From Candidatus Micrarchaeota archaeon (GTDB lineage Archaea > Micrarchaeota > Micrarchaeia > Micrarchaeales > CABMGC01), in contig JAJZIU010000001.1 of NCBI GenBank assembly GCA_021810455.1, positions 4,613 to 68,612 on the forward strand: 64,000 bases of DNA. The letters are read 5' to 3'. How positions within the stretch are numbered: the first letter of the stretch is position 1; each line of letters begins with the position of its first letter. The notes beneath the pieces were generated by a model that ran no database searches, was not told the DNA's origin, and saw only the letters and a program-made list of their open reading frames with translations. This document shows, in pieces, positions 51,799 through 61,294 of the stretch. The position numbers and the translations under genes are program-made.

Positions 51799-53028
51799 TC
51801 ACAATACTCCAATTTCCTCATCTTTTCCTTCCTTTCTTTTTCCAGATTTTCCAACTGACAATCGTATTCCGTTTGGATCTCTTGTTATTGTTATGTCCAA
51901 ATCATCACTACCTAACATGTGTCTTAGTTCTTCGTATGTGTAAGATCCGATATCTTTTCCTTCTTCCCTTTCCTTCCCTTTAAGGACCTCAGCTCTTCTT
52001 TCTATAAGAAAGTCCCTCTTGATCTGTGTATAAGAAAGTTTTAGTTTCGGTTTCTCTGCTCCGTACGTGTCTTCTATGCCTAGCTCTATTGGTTTGTAAC
52101 CTTCGCTTTGATATATGAATGGCAAAACTGCTGAGAATTCAACCTTGATTGTGTTGGCAACCTTACCAACTCCTGACTTATCTCCAGCTATTACAAAATC
52201 TTCACTATTCAGGAAACCAACAAAAATGTTGCTTCCGGTCTCTTTGACTTTATCCTGTAGTAACTGTGATGCTAGTCTCAGGATTGTCACTCCGGATTTC
52301 ATACCGAATTTTCCTGCAAAACCAGCAAGACCTTCAACCCTCAATCTACCTATTTCATAACTACTATTTGTATTGCTTAGCGCCTTCTCAACAGCATCCG
52401 ATATCTTTTCCTCATTCGGCAAGTCTATCAAAGGATCAAATTTTTTACCCTTCTTTTTAAGAAATATTGTTACAAGACTTCTAAGTTCTCCAGGATCAAA
52501 TGGTTTCTTTATGTAATAATCCGCCCCGTACTTTATCCCCTTGAACCTATTCGAAGTTGCATCCATTGCGCTTACGATTATTACTACCGTATTGCTCATC
52601 TGTGAGTCCTTTTTTACAGTCTGACATATTTCCAACCCGTCAGCTCCGGGTAACATGAGATCTAAGACAACCAAATCTGGTTTTATCTGTTTTATTTTTC
52701 TTATGGCTTCTCCACCATCATATATCTGTTCTACATCGAATCCCTTACCTATAGATATCGCCATGAGATTGTTTATGTTTTTATCGTCTTCAACTATCAG
52801 TATCTTCCTCAATGACGGCCTATCTTGCAATACGTAATACGTAGGTATACCTCCGCTGCTCCTAGAAGCTATGGCGCTTGCTTTTTCAAGTTCTACGAGT
52901 CCCTTCTTCAGAGTATCTTCTGAGATTCCTTCTGTTGCTGCAAAACTTCGAAGTTCATTATATGTTATTTCTTGCCTTTCATTGATCACATAAATAATAT
53001 CCGCTTCAGCATCTTCTAGGGTTTTCAA
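51799..53028 (-). CDS. Response regulator: wHTH - CheY-like receiver - degenerate GGDEF-like domain
   Basis: 409 aa. Receiver: KILIVEDD, DLVVLDLMLPGADG (phospho-Asp ~D123), KKPF. Then FDPLIDLPNEEKI (compare DPLTGLPNR at the GGDEF start), FAGKFGMKSGVTIL (compare FKxiNDxyGHxxGDxvL), and GFLNSEDFVIAG (compare RxGGDEFxill). TTG start. Confidence 0.75.
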   Translation of the reverse strand: MKTLEDAEADIIYVINERQEITYNELRSFAATEGISEDTLKKGLVELEKASAIASRSSGGIPTYYVLQDRPSLRKILIVEDDKNINNLMAISIGKGFDVEQIYDGGEAIRKIKQIKPDLVVLDLMLPGADGLEICQTVKKDSQMSNTVVIIVSAMDATSNRFKGIKYGADYYIKKPFDPGELRSLVTIFLKKKGKKFDPLIDLPNEEKISDAVEKALSNTNSSYEIGRLRVEGLAGFAGKFGMKSGVTILRLASQLLQDKVKETGSNIFVGFLNSEDFVIAGDKSGVGKVANTIKVEFSAVLPFIYQSEGYKPIELGIEDTYGAEKPKLKLSYTQIKRDFLIERRAEVLKGKEREEGKDIGSYTYEELRHMLGSDDLDITITRDPNGIRLSVGKSGKRKEGKDEEIGVL

Positions 53029-53147
53029 ACAATCGCCTTAACCTAAATTTCACGTAAAGTATATTATTCCTTGCAAGCAACGCGTTACATGTCTTGCCTT
53101 TTCAAACTTCAGAAACTCTTTTTAAGGCTTTCGTAGTATGTGTACAC

Positions 53148-54191
53148 ATGGAATCCACTAATCCGCTTGGAACCACCACGTTTCAACAACCGCAGGTCCA
53201 ATCCACCATATCCAATAAGCCACGACCAAGGAGAAAGCATTCGAGACGTCATAATAAACTAAGGCTTCCTATTAAAAAAATTTCAATAGCTGTAATAATA
53301 ATTGCTGTAATTGCAATAGCCATAGCCGACTTTGCTGGTTCTAACGGTATTGTAAACATAACTTACAACAAAACCGTAATGCTGAATGTAAACGGCAGTA
53401 TAACATTTGCTGTTGGTGGAACCGGAAAAACTGTACTCTATCTTGCATCTTCGTATAACAACATTTCAACATTTTATATAAGCCAGTATCCGGTATTGGA
53501 AAATCCAGTGTATACATTCACACTTACTCCTGGAAATACTGAAAACATAAGTTCAACATTTTCACAAAACGCAGACGTTCAGATAAGGCTAATAAACAGC
53601 GGATCTAATTCTGCACAAGTGGAAATAACTAAGGTGCCCGAGGGATTCTCTATACGTCCTAGTTTGATAAACACACTCTCACAAAATGCAACATATCAAC
53701 CTACAACTACTGTACCATATGCTTCAACTTCAGCTTCAACAACAACTGTAAAGCCTATCAACACCTCTACAACGGTATTATCTGATGTAAATCTATCTAA
53801 CATAGGCAAACTTATGCAAAATTTCGGAGTATTATATCGTGCTGGAAGTTCCTGTACAGAACAATTGTACAATACCACACTGATTCAATACAAGGGTATT
53901 CAACCAAAAGGCCAATTCTCTTACTACAACATAAGTATGTCAACACCTACGAATGTGAAAATCACAATTTCTAAGTCTACAGGCAGCAACTATTTTGTAA
54001 ATTATACCGTGCAATTGCCACGCGCGCAATTTTCAACTCCCTCTGTAAGTGTTTTGTACGATTCTTCAAGCAACAGTGTGATGAGCACTGTGTTCGGAGG
54101 CGCTTATCAGGGTCTTAATTATACGGCACTGAATCAGGAATACCAATTCCAAAGTGGCATAAGCAATGCATGTGCAGCTTATGTGACATAA
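53148..54191 (+). CDS. Membrane-anchored extracellular S/T-rich protein
   Basis: ATG 53148 (MESTNPLG...). Basic cytoplasmic stretch KPRPRRKHSRRHNKLRLPIKK, a single TM ISIAVIIIAVIAIAIADFAG, then a ~270-aa S/T/N-rich ectodomain with N-x-S/T sequons. Lies between the response regulator and kinase genes. Confidence 0.55.
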   Translation: MESTNPLGTTTFQQPQVQSTISNKPRPRRKHSRRHNKLRLPIKKISIAVIIIAVIAIAIADFAGSNGIVNITYNKTVMLNVNGSITFAVGGTGKTVLYLASSYNNISTFYISQYPVLENPVYTFTLTPGNTENISSTFSQNADVQIRLINSGSNSAQVEITKVPEGFSIRPSLINTLSQNATYQPTTTVPYASTSASTTTVKPINTSTTVLSDVNLSNIGKLMQNFGVLYRAGSSCTEQLYNTTLIQYKGIQPKGQFSYYNISMSTPTNVKITISKSTGSNYFVNYTVQLPRAQFSTPSVSVLYDSSSNSVMSTVFGGAYQGLNYTALNQEYQFQSGISNACAAYVT

Positions 54192-56429
54192 TCATTCCTG
54201 CTTCTTTTTCTGTTTACCGTATATGGGGAGTGTGAACCAGAATGTACTTCCTTTCCCTGGTTCAGACACGACTCCCATCCTCCCTCCATGGAGATTCACA
54301 ACCTCTTTAGCTATTGACAAACCAAGTCCTGTACCCTGCCCCTCCTGTCTGGTAAGGCCTCTTTTCGGTAATTGATAAAACTTTTTAAAAAGTTTTGATT
54401 TATCTTCCTTACTTATTCCTATTCCTGTATCTTGTACTTCAAACCTGATATTCTTTCCCTTCCTAACCACATTAACTCCGATACTTCCTTCGTCGGTGAA
54501 TTTTAATGCGTTTCCTATAAGGTTTACGAACACCTGAATCAGTCTATTCGGATCCGCTTCTATCTCTGGCACATTATATCCAACATTAAAATAGAACCGC
54601 AAATTTTTGTTTGCTGCAACCTCCGCTAATGATTTTATGCTAGGATTTTCACCAAGCATCTTAAAATCTACTTTTTGCATGTCAAGTTTTATTTTTCCAG
54701 ATGACAATTTTGCCACATCCAATATCTGGCCTATCAACTGCATTAATCTTTCAGATTCATCTATTATTATCTGCACCGTTTTCTTCTGATCTTGTGTTAT
54801 GTCTCCAAATTCTCCTCCAATCAGGAGTTTTGAGAAACCTATGATATTTGTTATCGGAGTTTTAAGATCGTGTGATATATTATATATAAATTGGGTCTTC
54901 AAGTCGCTTTCTTCCTTTAGTTTCTCAAGCTGTCGCATAGATTCCTCAAATTCACTCTGCAATCTTTCTATCTCTCTTTTTGAAGCTAGCTCTGTGCAAA
55001 CAAATAAAAATTCTACAGATGCTTCTCGGTTTTTTGTTGCCATTACGCTTCCATTGAAAGGCATCGGTTCTTCCCCGCTTTTCTTTGAAAAATTAAGAAA
55101 AACATCTGTAACGAATCCATTTACTTTTGCAAGTTTTATCGCATTTCCCACTCTCAATTGGCTTTCTTTATCTGAGCACAACATCGATATGGGCATACTA
55201 TTTGAATCCTCTGCTTTGTAACCCAAACGTCTTTCAAAACCAGGATTTACTGATTTTATATATCCTGATTCATCAACAGTTATCAATGTGTCACTTGACA
55301 ATTTCATAATTGTCGAAATTGCACCTTCAACTTCGGTTATCCTGCTTTCAATGTCTCTAGAAACTATTACCGAGAAGCCTTCGACATCCTTGTAGAAAAG
55401 GCCTTTTGCATCAACAAACATGTTGTTTCCTATGTTTATTTTAAGCGGCAGAGATGCCTGTTCATTCATATTACTGAGTTGTTGTTCATCCAATCCTTGA
55501 ACAAATTCCACCAATTTTCTACCTATTAACGCATCTTTCTCTATGCGCAGTACACGGTCTGCATTATCACTAACCCATCCTATGTTTGTATCATTGCTTA
55601 TACGCATGAAAACATCTTCATCGCTCCTTTCCAAAAAACTATACATTCCCTCAAGCCATTTGAGCCTGGTTATATCTAGCAAAGAGATGTGTGATAATCT
55701 GTCGTTTATTTTGTTCGAAGAAAACAGAAATACGCCTTTGTCATCCCTGGACTTTACCTCAATTCTCATATTCTTTGAAAAAGAAGCAGAAGGATCCTGT
55801 CCCAATTCTATAAACTTTGTTATTCCTTGCCCGACCACCTCCTCGGATATCTTATCCAACATATTTATTGCGTTTTTGTTAGCCTTGACTATAACTCCGG
55901 AACCATCAATGACAAGTTGCGGCACGTAATTTCCAAATGAAGCATCAAAGTACTTTGCTAGCCCTAGACTCTTGTCACGCTCATAGCTTGCGAGTATCCT
56001 ATAACTTAACGAATTCAAAGCTAAAGAAATATGATCTACTATTTTCTCACTGAATGCATCTTCTCGTTTTGATAAAAGCGTAATTATCCCGAAAGATCTC
56101 CTTTCTGCACTAAGAGGAAGCAACAAACTGCTTTTATATCCGCTGTTATGGTACTCGATTAGCTCTTTGAAAGCCGAATATCCACTAAGCCTGTTATCCA
56201 GATACGGTTTTTCATTATTTAAAACAAAATCCTCTGCCGCACTGGCTTTTACACCCGGTCTCATATCTTTAACAATGGCCCTATCTGCGCCTAACTCTAA
56301 TCTGAGTCTATCTCCAAGTTTGTTCAGGAAGTTGCCGAAATCTGTTGCTTCCCTGCTCATGTTTAATATTTCATTGACGAATACGTCCCAAGATGTTGAC
56401 GCCATAGCAAACAATAAAGAATTAGGCAT
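54192..56429 (-). CDS. Soluble sensor histidine kinase (GAF/PAS-like sensory region + HisKA + HATPase_c)
   Basis: 745 aa. H-box FIYNISHDLKTPITNIIGF, N-box VNLIGNALKFT and G-boxes QDTGIGI / GTGLGLSIAKEVV. No obvious TM helix. The N-terminal ~480 aa has a PAS/GAF-like length and pattern. Confidence 0.86.
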   Translation of the reverse strand: MPNSLLFAMASTSWDVFVNEILNMSREATDFGNFLNKLGDRLRLELGADRAIVKDMRPGVKASAAEDFVLNNEKPYLDNRLSGYSAFKELIEYHNSGYKSSLLLPLSAERRSFGIITLLSKREDAFSEKIVDHISLALNSLSYRILASYERDKSLGLAKYFDASFGNYVPQLVIDGSGVIVKANKNAINMLDKISEEVVGQGITKFIELGQDPSASFSKNMRIEVKSRDDKGVFLFSSNKINDRLSHISLLDITRLKWLEGMYSFLERSDEDVFMRISNDTNIGWVSDNADRVLRIEKDALIGRKLVEFVQGLDEQQLSNMNEQASLPLKINIGNNMFVDAKGLFYKDVEGFSVIVSRDIESRITEVEGAISTIMKLSSDTLITVDESGYIKSVNPGFERRLGYKAEDSNSMPISMLCSDKESQLRVGNAIKLAKVNGFVTDVFLNFSKKSGEEPMPFNGSVMATKNREASVEFLFVCTELASKREIERLQSEFEESMRQLEKLKEESDLKTQFIYNISHDLKTPITNIIGFSKLLIGGEFGDITQDQKKTVQIIIDESERLMQLIGQILDVAKLSSGKIKLDMQKVDFKMLGENPSIKSLAEVAANKNLRFYFNVGYNVPEIEADPNRLIQVFVNLIGNALKFTDEGSIGVNVVRKGKNIRFEVQDTGIGISKEDKSKLFKKFYQLPKRGLTRQEGQGTGLGLSIAKEVVNLHGGRMGVVSEPGKGSTFWFTLPIYGKQKKKQE

Positions 56430-56462
56430 GTATTATATAAATCACATCCACGAGTGCGCTTT

Positions 56463-57122
56463 ATGACAATAAAAGAAATATCTGAAGGAGTGTTCAAGAT
56501 AGATGGAAGAATAGCTACCGCAAATTTTGTTAAAGGACAAAAGGTATACGACGAAGACCTGCGCAAGGTAAACGGTGTAGAATACAGGCTATGGAATCCT
56601 TACAGGAGTAAGTTAGCTGCAGCATTCTTGAAAGGAATGAAGACAATGAGGATAGCAAAAGGATCTAGCGTTCTTTATCTCGGAGCTGCTACTGGAACTA
56701 CGTGTAGCCACATAAGCGACATAGTTGGGGATACGGGGGTTGTATACTGTGTAGAAAATTCAGAGAGAAGCATGCGCGACCTACTCTCAATCTGCGACTC
56801 TAGGAAAAATATGATGCCTATCTTCTCTGATGCAAGAAATACAAAAGAGTATGGTCCGGAGGTTGGTGTTGTTGATGTACTGTATCAGGATGTTTCTGCA
56901 AGAGATCAAGCCTCCATACTCGTTGACAACTCACAGTTCTTAAAAGAAAAGGGATATGCTTACGTAGCCATAAAATCACAGAGTATAAGTGTTTCTAAAA
57001 ATCCAAGCATAGTTTACAAAGAGTTTCTTAAACAAGTGTCTACTGTTTTCAAAACCGTAGAATCCATAGACATAAGGCCGTTCGATCAAAAACACTTGTT
57101 TGTGGTTCTACAAAAATTATAA
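56463..57122 (+). CDS. flpA: Fibrillarin (C/D box sRNP rRNA/tRNA 2'-O-methyltransferase)
   Basis: YRLWNPYRSKLAAAFLKG, VLYLGAATGTTCSHISDIVG and DVLYQDV are fibrillarin signatures. TATA-like TTATATAAAT lies ~25 nt upstream of ATG 56463. No nop5 gene is adjacent. Confidence 0.92.
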   Translation: MTIKEISEGVFKIDGRIATANFVKGQKVYDEDLRKVNGVEYRLWNPYRSKLAAAFLKGMKTMRIAKGSSVLYLGAATGTTCSHISDIVGDTGVVYCVENSERSMRDLLSICDSRKNMMPIFSDARNTKEYGPEVGVVDVLYQDVSARDQASILVDNSQFLKEKGYAYVAIKSQSISVSKNPSIVYKEFLKQVSTVFKTVESIDIRPFDQKHLFVVLQKL

Positions 57123-57183
57123 GGATGCATATATGCCTAAAAACTTCTGAAAGGAATATAAAAACACACTTGCATGTCTAATC

Positions 57184-57966
57184 ATGGACTATCTTAAATA
57201 CACGTCCTCTCTTGATAAAAACATGATTAAAACCCAATGCGCCTATTGTGGTTCATATGTTTTATCCTATTCTGAAGAAGCATTCTGTCATTTCTGCGAG
57301 GGGCACGTATCAAAAACAGAATCAAATAACGATCAAACATATCAAAGTATCCTTTCTATACGCAACCTGATCTCTACGAAGCACACATCTGAAGCGATAT
57401 CCGCTGCCGATTCCCTATCTATCAAGCAAACTTCGCCGCGTGTACTCTTCGGTCTGGCAAACATCTATCGCACGCTTTCCAATCATATTTACTTTGATAC
57501 TAACTACAATCTTGATGGATTCATGTACAAAAATTCTGACAACATATATCTATCACTTGATCTCATATCAAAATCTAAGGAAATGTTCTACAAGCACATA
57601 AAACTGTCTGTAGAAACCGATCCCATATCAACATTCACCCTATTCATAAGTAATCTTAAACTGGAACGTATGATTTATGCAAAAAAACTACTAGAAAAAC
57701 TTGTCAATATGCCCGGACTTATATCGAACTACGCCATAATGGCTTACTCTGCAGAAAATAAACTTAAACAAGCTGATATCAGCGCACTTAAAATGATTGA
57801 TTCCAGTACTAACTCGTTATATTACCTGTCAAAATGTCTAATAAACATGAACAAACGCGAAGAAGCAGAAAAAATTCTCGAAAGGTTAACAACCACTATC
57901 GACATGCCCGATGCTTTTTATCTTTTACTCAAACTGCGGCGTCTCAAGGACGAAACGAAGATTTAG
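57184..57966 (+). CDS. Hypothetical protein, N-terminal zinc ribbon plus helical (TPR-like) body
   Basis: 260 aa. QCAYCGS....FCHFCEG C4 pattern, with the remainder predicted helical. The 3' end overlaps the convergent GH15 gene by 23 nt. Confidence 0.5.
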   Translation: MDYLKYTSSLDKNMIKTQCAYCGSYVLSYSEEAFCHFCEGHVSKTESNNDQTYQSILSIRNLISTKHTSEAISAADSLSIKQTSPRVLFGLANIYRTLSNHIYFDTNYNLDGFMYKNSDNIYLSLDLISKSKEMFYKHIKLSVETDPISTFTLFISNLKLERMIYAKKLLEKLVNMPGLISNYAIMAYSAENKLKQADISALKMIDSSTNSLYYLSKCLINMNKREEAEKILERLTTTIDMPDAFYLLLKLRRLKDETKI

Positions 57967-59716
57967 CCTTCGCATTGTTGTATGCTACTATCGCTTCAAC
58001 AAGACCAGCGTGTGAAAATAATTGAGGTACATTTCCTCTCGGTTCATTTGTTTTGCTATCTATGTGTTCTGGCAACAGGAGTAAATCGTTAGAATAACTT
58101 ATTATTTTATTTATTATACTTCTAGCTCTTTCTAGATTGCCCATCATGATGTGTACTCTTGCCAACCACGTATTTACTAAAACGAAAGGATTGGATACTT
58201 CTCCGTCAAAATCACTAACGTATCTGAGCAATAACCCATTTTTGGATACTAATCTGCTTTCAACAAGTCTAACTGTTTTTCTAAAAATTGGATTTTCAAC
58301 GCTTACAAAGTTATACAATGGCATGGTCAACAGTGTAGAATCTATTACATTCCCTCCATAATAATGAACAAATGTTCCTGTGTCCTCAGATACGCTATTA
58401 TCCAGTATGTCCTCCTTTATCTTATTGCTAGCCTCTCTCCACAAACTCTCTTTAGATCTGTAACCCATGCTCCCTGCAAGCATGCTTGCTCTGTCAAGTG
58501 CAACCCAGTTCATAAGTTTTGTATGCAAAACATGTCTCTTTTCATCTCTTTCTTCCCACATACTTATGCTTGGTTCCTTCCAAGATTTAATCACCCAATC
58601 CGAGATCGATTCTACTGCCCACCAATTCTCTTTTATGTAATCTGTATCCCTGCTCCTTGAAAAATAAACGTGCAGAGCGTTCATGAAGTCTCCTTCAGAA
58701 TCCATCTGCACCTGCAAATAAGCTGCATTACCAACTCTGACAGGCTTCGAGCTTCTGTATCCTGACAGCCAATCCAATGTTTCTTCGGCTCTGGGAGAAG
58801 TTCCATCTATTGAATAAAGCGGATGGTTAAAGCTCTTTGATGACGGATCTACCAAACTAAAAAGAAACGTTAGTATCTTGCGTGCTTTATATCCCATCCC
58901 AGCTTTTGCCAGTGCTTCAGCCGCATAAGCGGCATCACGCACCCACACATACCTGTAATCCCAATTCCTATCTCCACCCAGTATTTCAGGCAATGATGTC
59001 GTAGCTGCCGCTATAGCGCCTCCGGAAGGCGTGTAAGTTAATCCCAACATAGTTAAAAGAGACCTCTTATACGCCTTCGAAAATTCTTCAATCTTCTTCG
59101 CCTTCATCACCTGTTCTCTCCAATATCTTAGGGTTTTCTCCAAGGCATCGTATGGGTTGGCGTATACATACCCGACGTTGCTGAACAAGCCGTACCTGAG
59201 ATCTTTTGAATACATCAGAAACAGATATCCCTTTCCCGGTTCTACTACTGCCCTGGTATCACTTGTAAATCTGAAACTCCCTGATATCAAAAGCTCTATG
59301 CTTTCTTTAGAATTAGGATTTCTGAACACTCTTCCATTATTTTCTTCTTCGATTCCCGGATTCGTCAAACCATATTCAAATACAGGCTTAACATCTATGA
59401 CAAATGGGACTTCGGATTCGTATAATCTCACTATGGCAGGAATTCCTAATGGTAAAAAATCTGTAAGTTCGAGACTCCCTTCTTTTGATTCGAATCTGTT
59501 TTTTACTACCATACTGTCTTCTACATACTCTACACTATGTTCATAATCTGTCTTTGGTTTTACAGAAAAATAGCCGCTCTGATTACCGCCTATTATGCTT
59601 GAGAACACAGAAGCAGAATCAAATCTTGGACATGGAAACCAATCTACAACCCCTGATAGTTCTAAAGCAGAAGTTATTCCATTGGATAAGAACACCCTGC
59701 CTCTTTCGGATCTCAT
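57944..59716 (-). CDS. Glycoside hydrolase family 15 (glucoamylase/trehalase-like)
   Basis: 590 aa. N-terminal beta-sandwich start (LSNGITSALELSGVVDWFPCPRFDS) and (alpha/alpha)6 region motifs DYRYVWVRDAAYAA and WEERDE.. typical of archaeal GH15 enzymes. Confidence 0.82.
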   Translation of the reverse strand: MRSERGRVFLSNGITSALELSGVVDWFPCPRFDSASVFSSIIGGNQSGYFSVKPKTDYEHSVEYVEDSMVVKNRFESKEGSLELTDFLPLGIPAIVRLYESEVPFVIDVKPVFEYGLTNPGIEEENNGRVFRNPNSKESIELLISGSFRFTSDTRAVVEPGKGYLFLMYSKDLRYGLFSNVGYVYANPYDALEKTLRYWREQVMKAKKIEEFSKAYKRSLLTMLGLTYTPSGGAIAAATTSLPEILGGDRNWDYRYVWVRDAAYAAEALAKAGMGYKARKILTFLFSLVDPSSKSFNHPLYSIDGTSPRAEETLDWLSGYRSSKPVRVGNAAYLQVQMDSEGDFMNALHVYFSRSRDTDYIKENWWAVESISDWVIKSWKEPSISMWEERDEKRHVLHTKLMNWVALDRASMLAGSMGYRSKESLWREASNKIKEDILDNSVSEDTGTFVHYYGGNVIDSTLLTMPLYNFVSVENPIFRKTVRLVESRLVSKNGLLLRYVSDFDGEVSNPFVLVNTWLARVHIMMGNLERARSIINKIISYSNDLLLLPEHIDSKTNEPRGNVPQLFSHAGLVEAIVAYNNAKAKSSFRP

Positions 59717-59719
59717 TAA

Positions 59720-61174
59720 TTATCCCTTAACTACAACAACAGGTACATTTCTTGATACCATGCTTGCTATACCTGCGCTGTCTACTACCTCAACCACTTC
59801 GTCGACATTCTTATACGCCCACTCTGCTTCTTCACTCACAAGTTTCCTGGACCTTATTCTTATCTCTACTCCCTTTTTCTTTAATGTTTCAAAGGTACGC
59901 GATGCAGGTATCTCTCTTATTGCTTGATGTCTTGACATAACTCTTCCAGAACCATGGCAAGCAGACCCGAACGTTTCCTCCAGTGCATTCTGTTCTCCAG
60001 CAAGAACATAACTCGCTGTACTCATGCTTCCAGGTATCAAAACTGGTTGGCCTATGTCTCTGTACTCTTTTGGTACGTCAGAACTTCCTTTCGGAAAAGC
60101 CCTAGTTGCACCCTTCCTATGTACAAATACGCTTCTCTTTCTGCCCTCTATTCTATGCTCTTCAAGTTTCACTATGTTGTGTGCCAAGTCATAAAGTATG
60201 TCCATACCAAGTGAGTCTGCGCTTTTGCCAAAAACATCTTCAAAACTTTTCCTTACCGCATAGGTTATCATCTGCCTGTTTGTGAAGGCATAGTTTACTG
60301 CGCACTTCATTGCTCTGAGATACGCTTTCGCTTCTTTGCTGTCAACCGGAGCATAGCTGAGTTCAGGATCCGGCAGCTTAATTCCATGTTCTCTTCCATA
60401 CACTTCAAGAACTCTCAGATAATCACTGCAAATCTGATGTCCAAACCCTCTCGATCCGGTGTGAATCATGATTACGGCTTGTCCTTTGCTTACTCCGTAC
60501 ACATCAGCTGCCTTATCATCGTAAATGTTGCTTACTTCTTGTATCTCTAAGAAATGATTTCCTGCACCAAGAGTTCCTAGTTCGTGCAAACCTCTTGCCT
60601 TGGCAAATTTACTAACATCTCTAAAATCCGCACCATCCATCATTCCGTTCTCTTCTATTTTTTCAGAATCAGTGCTAAATCCAAATCCTTTGTCAATCAC
60701 GTGTTCAACTCCGTATGTGGCTACCTTCTCAAGGTCTTTATCATCAAAACCTAAATTTTTCCTACTGCCAACTCCACTTGGCACATTCCTGAATAGAGCA
60801 TCTGAAAGTTCACTTATCTTGCCTCGTATATCTTTTCCATCAAGATTTGTCTTTATTATCCGTATTCCGCAGTTTATATCAAAACCGCATATACCTGGAG
60901 ATATTATCCCTTCTTCAGCATCAAAGGCAACAACTCCGCCTACTGGAAATCCATAGCCTTCATGTCCGTCTGGCATCACCAAAACGTTGCCTACAATTCC
61001 TGGAAGTGCAGCCGTATTCACTGCCTGCTGTAATGTTCTATCCTGCTTCATCTTCAAAAGCATATCTTCCTTTGCGAATATGTCGACATTTGTGTTCATT
61101 GTTTGATAGTCTTCCTTTTCTATTCTAAACTTAACTTCTGATATTTTTCTGGTCTTTATTTCGGTTTTTTCCAT
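59720..61174 (-). CDS. rtcB: RNA-splicing ligase RtcB
   Basis: 484 aa. MPDGHEGYGFPVGGV, GFDINCGIR, GAGNHFLEIQ, HTGSRGFGHQ and HGSGR. Confidence 0.96.
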   Translation of the reverse strand: MEKTEIKTRKISEVKFRIEKEDYQTMNTNVDIFAKEDMLLKMKQDRTLQQAVNTAALPGIVGNVLVMPDGHEGYGFPVGGVVAFDAEEGIISPGICGFDINCGIRIIKTNLDGKDIRGKISELSDALFRNVPSGVGSRKNLGFDDKDLEKVATYGVEHVIDKGFGFSTDSEKIEENGMMDGADFRDVSKFAKARGLHELGTLGAGNHFLEIQEVSNIYDDKAADVYGVSKGQAVIMIHTGSRGFGHQICSDYLRVLEVYGREHGIKLPDPELSYAPVDSKEAKAYLRAMKCAVNYAFTNRQMITYAVRKSFEDVFGKSADSLGMDILYDLAHNIVKLEEHRIEGRKRSVFVHRKGATRAFPKGSSDVPKEYRDIGQPVLIPGSMSTASYVLAGEQNALEETFGSACHGSGRVMSRHQAIREIPASRTFETLKKKGVEIRIRSRKLVSEEAEWAYKNVDEVVEVVDSAGIASMVSRNVPVVVVKG

Positions 61175-61294
61175 ATAGCTACCTTCTAGTCCTTTTATAC
61201 GTATATTATCCCTTTACTCTCAGGGAAAGTATTATATATGAGTTAACGTCAAACTGTATATACTTATATATGTGCTTGATATTTACTAGATGTC

